From: Opitutales bacterium
GTDB taxonomy: Bacteria > Verrucomicrobiota > Verrucomicrobiia > Opitutales > Coraliomargaritaceae
DNA: 32,000 nucleotides
Direction: 5' to 3'
Assembly: GCA_049606355.1 (NCBI GenBank)
Contig: JBMYVL010000003.1
Location: 90,001-122,000, forward strand
Part shown: piece after piece, positions 1 to 10,857 of the stretch
Layout: every line of letters begins with the position of its first letter
Position numbering within the stretch: position 1 is the stretch's first letter
Position numbers and translations under genes: made by a program
The notes under the pieces: model-generated
Told to the model about the DNA's origin: nothing
Databases searched by the model: none
What the model saw: only the letters and a program-made list of their open reading frames with translations

Positions 1-1
1 A

Positions 2-589
2 ATTTACGGCGAAGGCAAAACTGCCGAGCAGATCGAAGCCATCATGCAGAGCATGCTCAAGCGGGAGCAAAACACCCTTGTCACGCGACTCGACCGCGCA
101 ACTGCAAGTCAGCTCCAAAGGCAGTTCCCACAAGCAGACTATTGCCCGCAGGCGCGGCTATTGCGCGTAAGACTTCAAGAGCCCAAAACCGTTTCCAGTA
201 AAATTGCTATTGTCTGCGCGGGGACTTCGGATCTCAGCGTTGCTGAAGAGGCCAGACAAACCGCTGAATTCTACGGCAATCCAGTCGAGACTGTGTACGA
301 TGCCGGTGTCGCTGGCTTACACCGTCTCCTCGCCAGCCTCGACACCATTCGTGCATGCCGCGTAGTTGTCGTAGTGGCCGGCATGGAAGGTGCCCTACCC
401 AGTGTCGTCGGGGGCCTCGTCGACGCTCCAGTCATAGCCGTCCCCACCAGCGTAGGCTACGGCTCCAGTTTCGAAGGACTCTCCGCACTACTGGGCATGC
501 TCAACACTTGCGCCAGTGGCATTAGCGTCGTCAACATAGACAATGGCTTCGGCGCAGGCTTCCTCGCCAACCGTATCAATCGCCTTTAA
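2..589 (+). CDS. larB: LarB-like nickel-pincer cofactor biosynthesis protein (PurE/AIR-carboxylase fold); 5' end lies outside the window
   Basis: The frame is open back to the window edge (IYGEGKTAEQIEAI precedes the listed Met). PurE-like core motifs are present: 'KIAIVCAGTSDLSVAEEA', 'VVVAGMEGALPSVVGGL', 'PVIAVPTSVGYG', 'VVNIDNGFGAG'. These match LarB as I remember it. Confidence 0.8.
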   Translation: MYGEGKTAEQIEAIMQSMLKREQNTLVTRLDRATASQLQRQFPQADYCPQARLLRVRLQEPKTVSSKIAIVCAGTSDLSVAEEARQTAEFYGNPVETVYDAGVAGLHRLLASLDTIRACRVVVVVAGMEGALPSVVGGLVDAPVIAVPTSVGYGSSFEGLSALLGMLNTCASGISVVNIDNGFGAGFLANRINRL

Positions 590-1590
590 ACGTGATCGCT
601 TCGGCGGTGACTACAGGCCGACTCATAATATCCGGCACCATGCTGTAGCGCCACAAAATCGGGTCCGTCTACCGATTCATTCACCGCAAAGCGAGCCCGC
701 TCCTCCGCCGCGAACGGTTGTGCGGCACAGCCCGCCACGGCTTGATCGACATACTCCAACTTATCCACGCCGACCACATGGCAACATACCTGGGGGTAAC
801 TCAAGGCATACTGTAAAACTTGCTGCGCATTAGTCCGCTCATGCAGGTGAGTTCGGCGACTACCACCAAAGCCCTTCATCCCTAACACTGCAATTTCATG
901 TTGCTCACACAGCGGCATTATTTCGCTCTCAAATGCCCGGGATTTCAACGCCCCGACAACTGAAACCGGCATCAGCGTCGCATCCCAAGCATATCCACCT
1001 TCGATAATCTCACGATGGACTGCTACATCCGTGTGACCGGTAAAGCCAGTATAACGAATCTTACCTTGTTTTTTGGCCAGCTCTAAGGCCTCGATCGCAC
1101 CTTCCCTACGATACGCATCGTGGGCATCGTCCCCGCTGACATTGTGGAGCATCCATAAATCCAGGTGATCGGTCTGCAAGCGGCGCAGCGAATCCTCCAG
1201 CATCTGCATCGCACCCGCTACGTCAGGCGTATAGTGGTTGGTATGGTAATTACAGAATTTGGTCATCAAAAACACAGAGTCACGACGACCCTTTAGTGCC
1301 TCCCCCATGTAAGTCTCTGCTTCGCCTTTATGATAGTCCCAAGCATTTTCAAAAAAGTTGACCCCAAGATCGAGCGCACGGTGCGTGATGGCGTTGGCGT
1401 CTTTTTGCGAACCAGCCAGATAGAGGGTGTGCCCGCCAAAACCGACGACGGAGAGCTGGTCATCATAACGTCCAAACTTACGCTTGGGCATCACTACCTT
1501 TTCGGCAGCTGCGGCCCAAGCCGATGGGCTTTTCAATAAGGCAGCGGAGCCCAGTGAAAACTGAAGGAAGCGACGACGTGAAACACTCAT
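586..1590 (-). CDS. Aldo/keto reductase family oxidoreductase with a twin-arginine (Tat) signal peptide
   Basis: The N-terminus 'MSVSRRRFLQFSLGSAALLKSPSAWAAA' is a Tat-type leader. The body has AKR-like motifs ('GVNFFENAWDY', 'DHLDLWMLHN', 'IRYTGFTGH'). The ATG at 1590 is preferred over the TTG at 1599 used by the ORF track. Confidence 0.8.
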   Translation of the reverse strand: MSVSRRRFLQFSLGSAALLKSPSAWAAAAEKVVMPKRKFGRYDDQLSVVGFGGHTLYLAGSQKDANAITHRALDLGVNFFENAWDYHKGEAETYMGEALKGRRDSVFLMTKFCNYHTNHYTPDVAGAMQMLEDSLRRLQTDHLDLWMLHNVSGDDAHDAYRREGAIEALELAKKQGKIRYTGFTGHTDVAVHREIIEGGYAWDATLMPVSVVGALKSRAFESEIMPLCEQHEIAVLGMKGFGGSRRTHLHERTNAQQVLQYALSYPQVCCHVVGVDKLEYVDQAVAGCAAQPFAAEERARFAVNESVDGPDFVALQHGAGYYESACSHRRSDHV

Positions 1591-1738
1591 AAGCAACAAA
1601 ATTAAAGATTACCAATAATTCGTATTAAAATAATACGACCCTACGCTGCAAAATTAAAAAATGATTCTGCTTATAATTTTATTTAACCCACTTCATCGAG
1701 TTTAATTGGGCACATCGTCACCACACAAAAATAGGCTC

Positions 1739-4700
1739 TTATTGCTCCTGCACCTCAATGCGTAAGAATTGCTGAGAGCCATCCTGCGGTATTTGTACAG
1801 TAATCGCATCAAGTCCTGTCCCAAAGCCATTGGGAACAATGAAAGAGCTATAGCTTGGCTCACTCCAGTTTTGGAGATCCGTACTGGTTTGCAGCAAATA
1901 AACCATCCCTGAGTCACTACGACGAGGATAGACTAACTGAAACTCGGAGCCCGCATCATTAAATTGTATTGGATAGATACCGGATGATGCGTTCGTCGGA
2001 TCACCACCAAAGACAAATTCCTCAAGGTTTTCAAAACCATCTGAGTCACTATCTACAGCTGAAGTCGGCAAACCGAAGCTGGATCTCCAGATCGCGTACG
2101 GCGACATCCCATAAGCAACCATATCATCGTATGAGGTGCCGTAAATTAAGGTATCAATACCAATCGGATTAGATCCATTGAATTGTGTCACGCGAATGTA
2201 AGGAGCATTGACCGACGTTGCTGAACCAATCGATTGATTGGACGCAAGCTGTGTATAATTACCGGTGCGATCGCTATCCAGCCATAATGAATACTTGTCC
2301 GTATTCAAATCAACACCGACAATGATACTCATACCCGTGGTAGAAACTGCAGGGATGTACTGATTCGCGAGCGAAGCTATATCAAAGAAGGGATTGGATG
2401 CTCTAGCACGGAGCCGTAGGTAGAAGTCAGTACTATCAAGACTAAAGCCCACTCGTAGCTGCTTATCGGAATCAAAATCCCACGCAGCGAAGTCGACGCG
2501 CATAAAAACGGCTCCGCCGACGGGTGTAAATGGGTTCGCATATTGAGTATTCACTAGTCCTGAAAACTCTGCCTGACCACTACCGTTGAGTGTCCAGTCC
2601 GGATCATCGTTCCAAGTGGCTCCGGCTACGGTATCCACTGCGCCCGAAATCGATCCTGCCGACTCCTCAAATTGCCATTCAGCCAGTAATTGCGGGCTCG
2701 CATATAAGGAGTGTCCATAACGGTAATCATACATCTCCGAGGCGACTTGGCGCAGGGCAGCCACCATTTCGCTATGGGGCGCATCAACGGAGTTCACTAA
2801 ACCCATCCCAGCGTTCTCTGCATCTGCAGCTCGCGATGCTAATGGTCCGTCTTTGTACGCAAACCAGTGCGCCCCAATACAACGCGGATCCTCCAGACCA
2901 CTGCTCACAAAGTGCCGATAAGCTTCTCCTCGGTTGCGTTGGTCGCCCGCGTATTCAATGCCAGTCCAAAACATACCACGGTCCACTGCCCCAAAGTTAA
3001 ACTCGCCAATCATAAATGGCTTATCTTCTGGAAAGAATGGATCCTCACCGGGAATCACACCTTGGAATTCATACAAATCCTTATGATAAATGTTAAAGCT
3101 CACGACGTCACAATGCGCGGCGGCGGCCGAGACGACTTCATTGGTCATAGTACCCTCATAAATACGGCTACCTAAGTAGAGCTTATTCGGAGCGACCGAC
3201 TTCATTGCTGCGCGAAATTCACTGTAGTAAGTGTCCGCAAGGTGCGCATAAAAATCCTTCATGTCGACCGCAGCACCAGACCAATTAAATTGGCCATTGC
3301 CGAGCGCTGGCAGCAAATTATTGAAGCTGCTATATGAAGACCCCCACGCCGCATTCGCTGCACCTATGCTACCATAGCGCGCCTCGAGGAAATCCACCAT
3401 TGCCACTTTAGCGGCGACCCCCGAACCACAATCTTCCATGATGTCACGCGCTTCCTGCTCCGGATCATCCCCCCATTTGATCTCGTTACCATCAAAGAAC
3501 CCGATACAATACGGGTCATCCTTAGCCGTCCCCGTCCAACCAATCGCTTGAACAACCGCATCACGAAATCCCGAATCAAATGGGTCGTCGAGCTTCGTGA
3601 TCGGCGCGATTGCCTTACCCGGAGTCCAGATAATCTGGGTATAAGGCGTCTTGAGGGCCGCGGGCTGATTGAGTCTGGCATTTGACCACGCGCCCAAGGT
3701 ATTCAGTCCCCAGGATTGGACTCGCTGTAAGACACGCTCGTTATAACTGCTTGCGAAATTTAACCCGTACTTGATTTCTAAAGCGGGATAGTAGGAATTA
3801 AAATAATCAACCGTTTGATTTTGATGGCTGTAGGTGAAGTATTGAGACTCCTGGCGACTCGGCAAATCCGCATAAAAGTGCTCCTTGCCGACTAAATTCG
3901 TATGCCCCTCGGAAAGCCCCAGACTGTTAGCTCCTAGAGACCAAAACAATTTACCGACCGGATCGACAAACCACCATTTGCCATCCAACTTGATCGTATA
4001 AAAATGCCCAGTCGCAGGTAGCGTGGGCCCATTGGCCCAGCCGCCATATTCATTATAAACAACTGGCTTTGGATTAGCGGTTAGGTCGGCATCCTCGGAT
4101 ACTTTTGCATTCGTCAAATCGCTATCCGCAGACACTTTACCCGGCCAATCCTCGTGCATGTACTGGCCGTAGCGGTCAATAAATGGGAAGAAGCTGCTAC
4201 TACTTGTAGGATTAGATGCTAAGGCCACGGGTTTCGCCCGTCGATTGCCTCGCAAGTCATCCACACGTACCGTTTGAGCCGAATCCTTCGGCTCCAATTG
4301 CAGGATAACTTCATCGATCTGGCTGGTATCAATACCATACCAAACTAAAGCTTGGGCATGAGGCAAGCCACTCATGGACGGGAACAGTGCACGGTAGCCA
4401 GGGTTATTTCCCGATCGACTTGCCAAACGAGGCATAAAGGCCGGAAAAATGCGTGTTTCCGATGGCTGTATCCACGCATTGTGAGAACAATTCGGCCGAT
4501 AAAACGAATCTTCAGAATTATTATACCTGTCTTTAATTAAAATACGAACCCAAGCTTCTTCAGTACCCACATTTTGAAGATTAAGCGCCAAATTCACATA
4601 GTCTGACAAATCCCAGTACCCAGAAGTCGGCGCCAAACGAACTTTAACCCGTCGACCCGCTGGCGCGGTCAACTCAAGCACATTGTTACCGCTAATACTG

Positions 4701-4846
4701 ACGACGCTTGCTGCCCCCTCATCTACGGTTAACGATGCGTTGAAGCTATCAAAATCAACCACTGTCATATCCGCCAATGGCGGATCAACCGCAAGAAGCG
4801 AAGTTGAGACGAATAATGCGACTAGCAGAGCGACAAAAGATTTCAT
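1739..4846 (-). CDS. Large secreted multidomain glycoside hydrolase, TIM-barrel GH42/GH50-like (possible agarase or galactosidase-type). It has an N-terminal CBM-like domain, a LamG/ConA-like domain and a C-terminal Asp-rich Ca-binding-like module.
   Basis: A signal peptide 'MKSFVALLVALFVSTSLLA' starts at the ATG at 4846. Central motifs are 'FFPFIDRYGQYMHEDWPGK', 'GKWWFVDPVGKLFWSLG', 'MIGEFNFGAVDRG', 'GAHWFAYKDGP'. The C-terminus is 'DSDSDGFENLEEFVFGGDP...LLQTSTDLQNW'. The family assignment is from memory and is not certain. Confidence 0.65.
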   Translation of the reverse strand: MKSFVALLVALFVSTSLLAVDPPLADMTVVDFDSFNASLTVDEGAASVVSISGNNVLELTAPAGRRVKVRLAPTSGYWDLSDYVNLALNLQNVGTEEAWVRILIKDRYNNSEDSFYRPNCSHNAWIQPSETRIFPAFMPRLASRSGNNPGYRALFPSMSGLPHAQALVWYGIDTSQIDEVILQLEPKDSAQTVRVDDLRGNRRAKPVALASNPTSSSSFFPFIDRYGQYMHEDWPGKVSADSDLTNAKVSEDADLTANPKPVVYNEYGGWANGPTLPATGHFYTIKLDGKWWFVDPVGKLFWSLGANSLGLSEGHTNLVGKEHFYADLPSRQESQYFTYSHQNQTVDYFNSYYPALEIKYGLNFASSYNERVLQRVQSWGLNTLGAWSNARLNQPAALKTPYTQIIWTPGKAIAPITKLDDPFDSGFRDAVVQAIGWTGTAKDDPYCIGFFDGNEIKWGDDPEQEARDIMEDCGSGVAAKVAMVDFLEARYGSIGAANAAWGSSYSSFNNLLPALGNGQFNWSGAAVDMKDFYAHLADTYYSEFRAAMKSVAPNKLYLGSRIYEGTMTNEVVSAAAAHCDVVSFNIYHKDLYEFQGVIPGEDPFFPEDKPFMIGEFNFGAVDRGMFWTGIEYAGDQRNRGEAYRHFVSSGLEDPRCIGAHWFAYKDGPLASRAADAENAGMGLVNSVDAPHSEMVAALRQVASEMYDYRYGHSLYASPQLLAEWQFEESAGSISGAVDTVAGATWNDDPDWTLNGSGQAEFSGLVNTQYANPFTPVGGAVFMRVDFAAWDFDSDKQLRVGFSLDSTDFYLRLRARASNPFFDIASLANQYIPAVSTTGMSIIVGVDLNTDKYSLWLDSDRTGNYTQLASNQSIGSATSVNAPYIRVTQFNGSNPIGIDTLIYGTSYDDMVAYGMSPYAIWRSSFGLPTSAVDSDSDGFENLEEFVFGGDPTNASSGIYPIQFNDAGSEFQLVYPRRSDSGMVYLLQTSTDLQNWSEPSYSSFIVPNGFGTGLDAITVQIPQDGSQQFLRIEVQEQ

Positions 4847-4869
4847 AGGGCACAATCCTAACAATGAAG

Positions 4870-4886
4870 ATGGAGATCATCTCCAT
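4870..4886. promoter_or_regulatory. Perfect 17-bp palindrome ATGGAGAT-C-ATCTCCAT, 24 nt upstream of the hydrolase start codon (candidate operator or leader hairpin)
   Basis: Read directly: 8-bp arms and a 1-nt spacer with no mismatches. It lies between the start codon at 4846 and the AT-rich upstream region. Confidence 0.3.
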
Positions 4887-5215
4887 GGGGGTAATGTATA
4901 CAAATTAGAGGGATATTAATCGAAGGGTAGGTAAAACGCGTACGAATACTGAATTACCCGTAGTAGAGGTAACTTTTTACATACACTCGGCACAAGGAGA
5001 AGCCGCTCTTGATACCACCCAGTAAACCTAATTGACCATTACGATTACATTTGCATTTCTAACATTACTAAGATCGCACTCTTTCAGCGGAATGTATCGA
5101 ACTATAGCGTAGGCACCCGAACCGAGCACAGCCTTGCTGCTGAATCGAATCGAGTTCGAGTTCACGCGATACGCCACTTTTCTACGGCACAAGCGATGTG
5201 CCAAAAATGGTTCTT

Positions 5216-6793
5216 TTATCGAATCAGGCTTCGGCCAGTCATCGCGGCGGGTTGCTCCAGACCCATCAATTGCAGAATTGTCGGCGCAATATCACCCAGT
5301 GCACCACTCTCCGCCAATGTCGCGTGCTTGTACGCCTCGCTGTAGACCACTACCTCAACTGGATTGAGGGTGTGCGCTGTGTGCGGGCCATTGCGTTCGT
5401 GGCTCCACAATTGGTCCGAATTACCATGATCGGCGGTTATCAAAGCGGCCCCACCGACCGCATCAATGGCAGACAACACATCGCCAACACAGGCATCGAC
5501 CACCTCACAGGCCGTGATGCAGGCCTCCACATCACCCGTATGGCCGACCATATCCGGATTGGCGAAATTGATGACAACCAAGCCATATTTGCCTGAGCGT
5601 ATTGCCGCCACTGCGGCATCGCGAATCTCATAGGCAGACATCTCAGGCTTTTCATCGTAGGTCACACAGTCCTTGCGACTGGGGACCAGTTCTCGGTCCT
5701 CACCTGGAAAAGGTTCCTCGCGGTAGTCATTAAAGAAAAAAGTCACATGCGGAAATTTCTCCGTTTCTGCGCAACGGAACTGCGGTATCCCCTTTTCGGA
5801 TACATAGCCGCCGAGAATGCCCTCCATCTTGGGCGGTTTCTGAAAAACTACATTCGGGCAAAGTCCAACTTGATACTCACTCAAGGTTGCGAAGCAAAGC
5901 TCCAACTTCTCACCGCGGTTAAACGCGTCGAAATCATCTTGAATAAAGGCACGGGTCAGTTCACGCGGACGGTCGCCACGAAAGTTAAAAAAGAGCACCG
6001 AATCGCCCTCCTGGATCGGTGCGAGCGGTTGGCCGTCGGCGCCCACGATCGCCGCTGGCGGGCAAAACTCGTCCCCCTGGGTCCCCTCGGTTTCAGGGCT
6101 GTCGTATTGTGCCTGAATCGCCTCCGCCGCAGAGCGGAACGTTTTCTCTATCGCACGGCCAGTGAGACAGTCATAGGCGCGTTGCACACGATCCCAACGA
6201 TTGTCGCGGTCCATCGCCCAATAACGCCCCGCTACAGATGCGATTTTCCCTACGCCGATGGCGGCCATTTGTGCCTCGGCTTGCTCAATAAACGCTTTGC
6301 CAGTGAAAGGCCCCGTGTCCCGACCATCGGTGAAGGCATGCAGATACACCTTTTCAACACCCTCTTCCTTGGCAATCGCCAATAAACCATAAAGGTGATC
6401 CAGCATTGAGTGTACGCCGGCATCTGAAACGAGGCCCATAAAGTGCAGCGCCGAGCCCTTGGTTTTTACGTTCGCCAAGGTTGCCTGCAGCGCGGGGCTT
6501 TGCTTCACTGAACCGGTAGCGATCCCCTTATTGATGCGCACGATTTCCTGGTCCACCACTCGACCGGCACCAATATTCTGGTGGCCTACTTCAGAATTGC
6601 CCATGATGCCTTCCGGTAAGCCTACCGCAAGTCCACTCGCCATGATCTCCGTGCGCGGGTATTCGGCGCTGAGCTTGTCGGCTATCGGCGTCTTGGCCAA
6701 TTTAACCGCATTATAAGCGTCATAGGACGCATCGTGATTTTCACCCCAACCATCGCGGATGATGAGGACTACGGGCTTGTGTGCTTCTGACAT
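5216..6793 (-). CDS. gpmI: 2,3-bisphosphoglycerate-independent phosphoglycerate mutase
   Basis: '[12 protein letters not shown]', '[14 protein letters not shown]', '[13 protein letters not shown]', 'TADHGN' and a length of 525 aa are typical of iPGM. Confidence 0.95.
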   Translation of the reverse strand: MSEAHKPVVLIIRDGWGENHDASYDAYNAVKLAKTPIADKLSAEYPRTEIMASGLAVGLPEGIMGNSEVGHQNIGAGRVVDQEIVRINKGIATGSVKQSPALQATLANVKTKGSALHFMGLVSDAGVHSMLDHLYGLLAIAKEEGVEKVYLHAFTDGRDTGPFTGKAFIEQAEAQMAAIGVGKIASVAGRYWAMDRDNRWDRVQRAYDCLTGRAIEKTFRSAAEAIQAQYDSPETEGTQGDEFCPPAAIVGADGQPLAPIQEGDSVLFFNFRGDRPRELTRAFIQDDFDAFNRGEKLELCFATLSEYQVGLCPNVVFQKPPKMEGILGGYVSEKGIPQFRCAETEKFPHVTFFFNDYREEPFPGEDRELVPSRKDCVTYDEKPEMSAYEIRDAAVAAIRSGKYGLVVINFANPDMVGHTGDVEACITACEVVDACVGDVLSAIDAVGGAALITADHGNSDQLWSHERNGPHTAHTLNPVEVVVYSEAYKHATLAESGALGDIAPTILQLMGLEQPAAMTGRSLIR

Positions 6794-6823
6794 AAATCGG
6801 GACGTTTGCGAGGAAGGTGAAAA

Positions 6824-7828
6824 TTAAAATAAGAGGCCGAATTGGGACAGTGCCGACAGGGCGAGGATGCCGCCGTAGAGTAGCAACAAGGCAATGCCTT
6901 CGCGGCGTGTTACAATGTGGCCACTTTTAAACAACCATAGGAGTAAACCGGACAAGATTAAAAGGCAGGGATATTCCACATACAGCAGTTGCGGCGCCAC
7001 ATCGATGGGCGAAACCGTCGCAACACCTCCACCGATCAATAAAATATTAAACAGGTTCGAACCGACGATGTTACCCGCACAGAGGTCCACATGCCCGGCA
7101 CGCACCGCCGCGACCGAGGCCGCTAGCTCAGGCAAACTCGTACCGATAGCGACTAAGGTGAGCCCGACAAACAGATCACTGACACCCATACGTGTCGCGA
7201 TGACGACGCTGGATTGCACCAAGGAGTCGGCGCCCAGTGCCAGTAAGAGACCGCCACTCATCACCAACAGTAGAGCGAGAGATGTAGCTCGCTGTGGCCA
7301 TTCACGAACGCCCTCTTCAAATTGGCCGGTACATGCCGATTGTTCCGCCTTGGCCTTGTGGACCACATAAAACAGATACGCCACCATGAGTCCCAATAAA
7401 ACGATGCCCTCAAGCCGCTGATAGCCCGCGAAAGCAAACACAGTAAACAGCAAGGTCACCGAAATCAAAATCGGCACTTCTCGCCGAATTAAACGCAATT
7501 GTATTTTGAGCGGAGCGATGACAGCAGCGACCCCGAGGATCAGTGCGATATTGGCGATATTACTGCCCAAAATATTGCCGAGCGCTAGACCGGGGTTTTC
7601 CTTGGCAGCGATCATTGAAGTCGCCAACTCCGGCATCGACGTCGCTACCGACACTACGGTCAAGCCGACAACCACCGGATCGATCTTCATGTTCACCGAA
7701 AGCGACGCGGCGCCTGACGTGAGCAAATCACCCCCATAGGCGAGTCCGGCAAAGCCGACCCCCAGCAAAAGCAAGAGCAACCAAAGGGGCGCCTCCGCCA
7801 CGGGTAATTGAATCAATGCAAGTGTCAT
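6824..7828 (-). CDS. CaCA-family cation/Ca2+ antiporter (YrbG-like Na+/Ca2+ exchanger)
   Basis: A polytopic membrane protein with the two alpha-repeat motifs '[16 protein letters not shown]' and '[16 protein letters not shown]'. It sits 30 nt upstream of gpmI on the same strand. Confidence 0.85.
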   Translation of the reverse strand: MTLALIQLPVAEAPLWLLLLLLGVGFAGLAYGGDLLTSGAASLSVNMKIDPVVVGLTVVSVATSMPELATSMIAAKENPGLALGNILGSNIANIALILGVAAVIAPLKIQLRLIRREVPILISVTLLFTVFAFAGYQRLEGIVLLGLMVAYLFYVVHKAKAEQSACTGQFEEGVREWPQRATSLALLLVMSGGLLLALGADSLVQSSVVIATRMGVSDLFVGLTLVAIGTSLPELAASVAAVRAGHVDLCAGNIVGSNLFNILLIGGGVATVSPIDVAPQLLYVEYPCLLILSGLLLWLFKSGHIVTRREGIALLLLYGGILALSALSQFGLLF

Positions 7829-8002
7829 GAAAAAGGAAAAGTGCTAGGAAGTAAGTTTGCCCACAGACGGCGAGATTAATCGTACCCAGAAGCGCCTCGT
7901 TAGGCCATCTAGAGGGCGCGCGCTGATGGCTTGACAGGTGGATGTAAAAAACCACACTCGCGCGGTTTTTCCAACGATCCGGTCCAGAATCGGTGCTAAA
8001 TT

Positions 8003-10843
<2,841 letters not shown>

Positions 10844-10857
10844 GATTCGAAGCAGAT

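Noticed and set aside
1620-1638. AT-rich palindrome TCGTATTA-AAA-TAATACGA between the hydrolase stop and the AKR start
   Set aside because: The stem is almost all A/T (weak) and sits in a generally AT-rich spacer. It could be chance, and I cannot tell a terminator from an operator here.
5100-5175. tRNA-like T-loop strings (GGTTCGGG on the minus strand, GAGTTCGAGTTC on the plus strand) in the 350-nt spacer
   Set aside because: I could not build complementary T-stems, an acceptor stem or an anticodon arm around them. No cloverleaf forms.
5186-5207. Hairpin GGCACA-AGCGA-TGTGCC downstream of gpmI, considered as its terminator
   Set aside because: On the gpmI (minus) strand the T-run precedes the stem rather than following it. 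The stem is only 6 bp, so this is not a canonical intrinsic terminator.
5747-6385. Long antisense ORFs inside gpmI (212 aa). The same applies to 6894-7370 in the antiporter, 25538-26062 in fbaA, 29004-29528 in ftsZ and 543-833 in the AKR.
   Set aside because: All lie opposite strongly supported genes and have low-complexity, Arg/Pro/Ser-rich translations. These are typical shadow ORFs in moderately GC-rich DNA.
7931-7970. TTGACA at 7931-7936 and an A5CC...GGT5 hairpin upstream of ileS, considered as a promoter/attenuator or T-box-like leader
   Set aside because: There is no acceptable -10 hexamer at 16-18 bp spacing, no T-box specifier or antiterminator elements, and the stem is weak (A/T).
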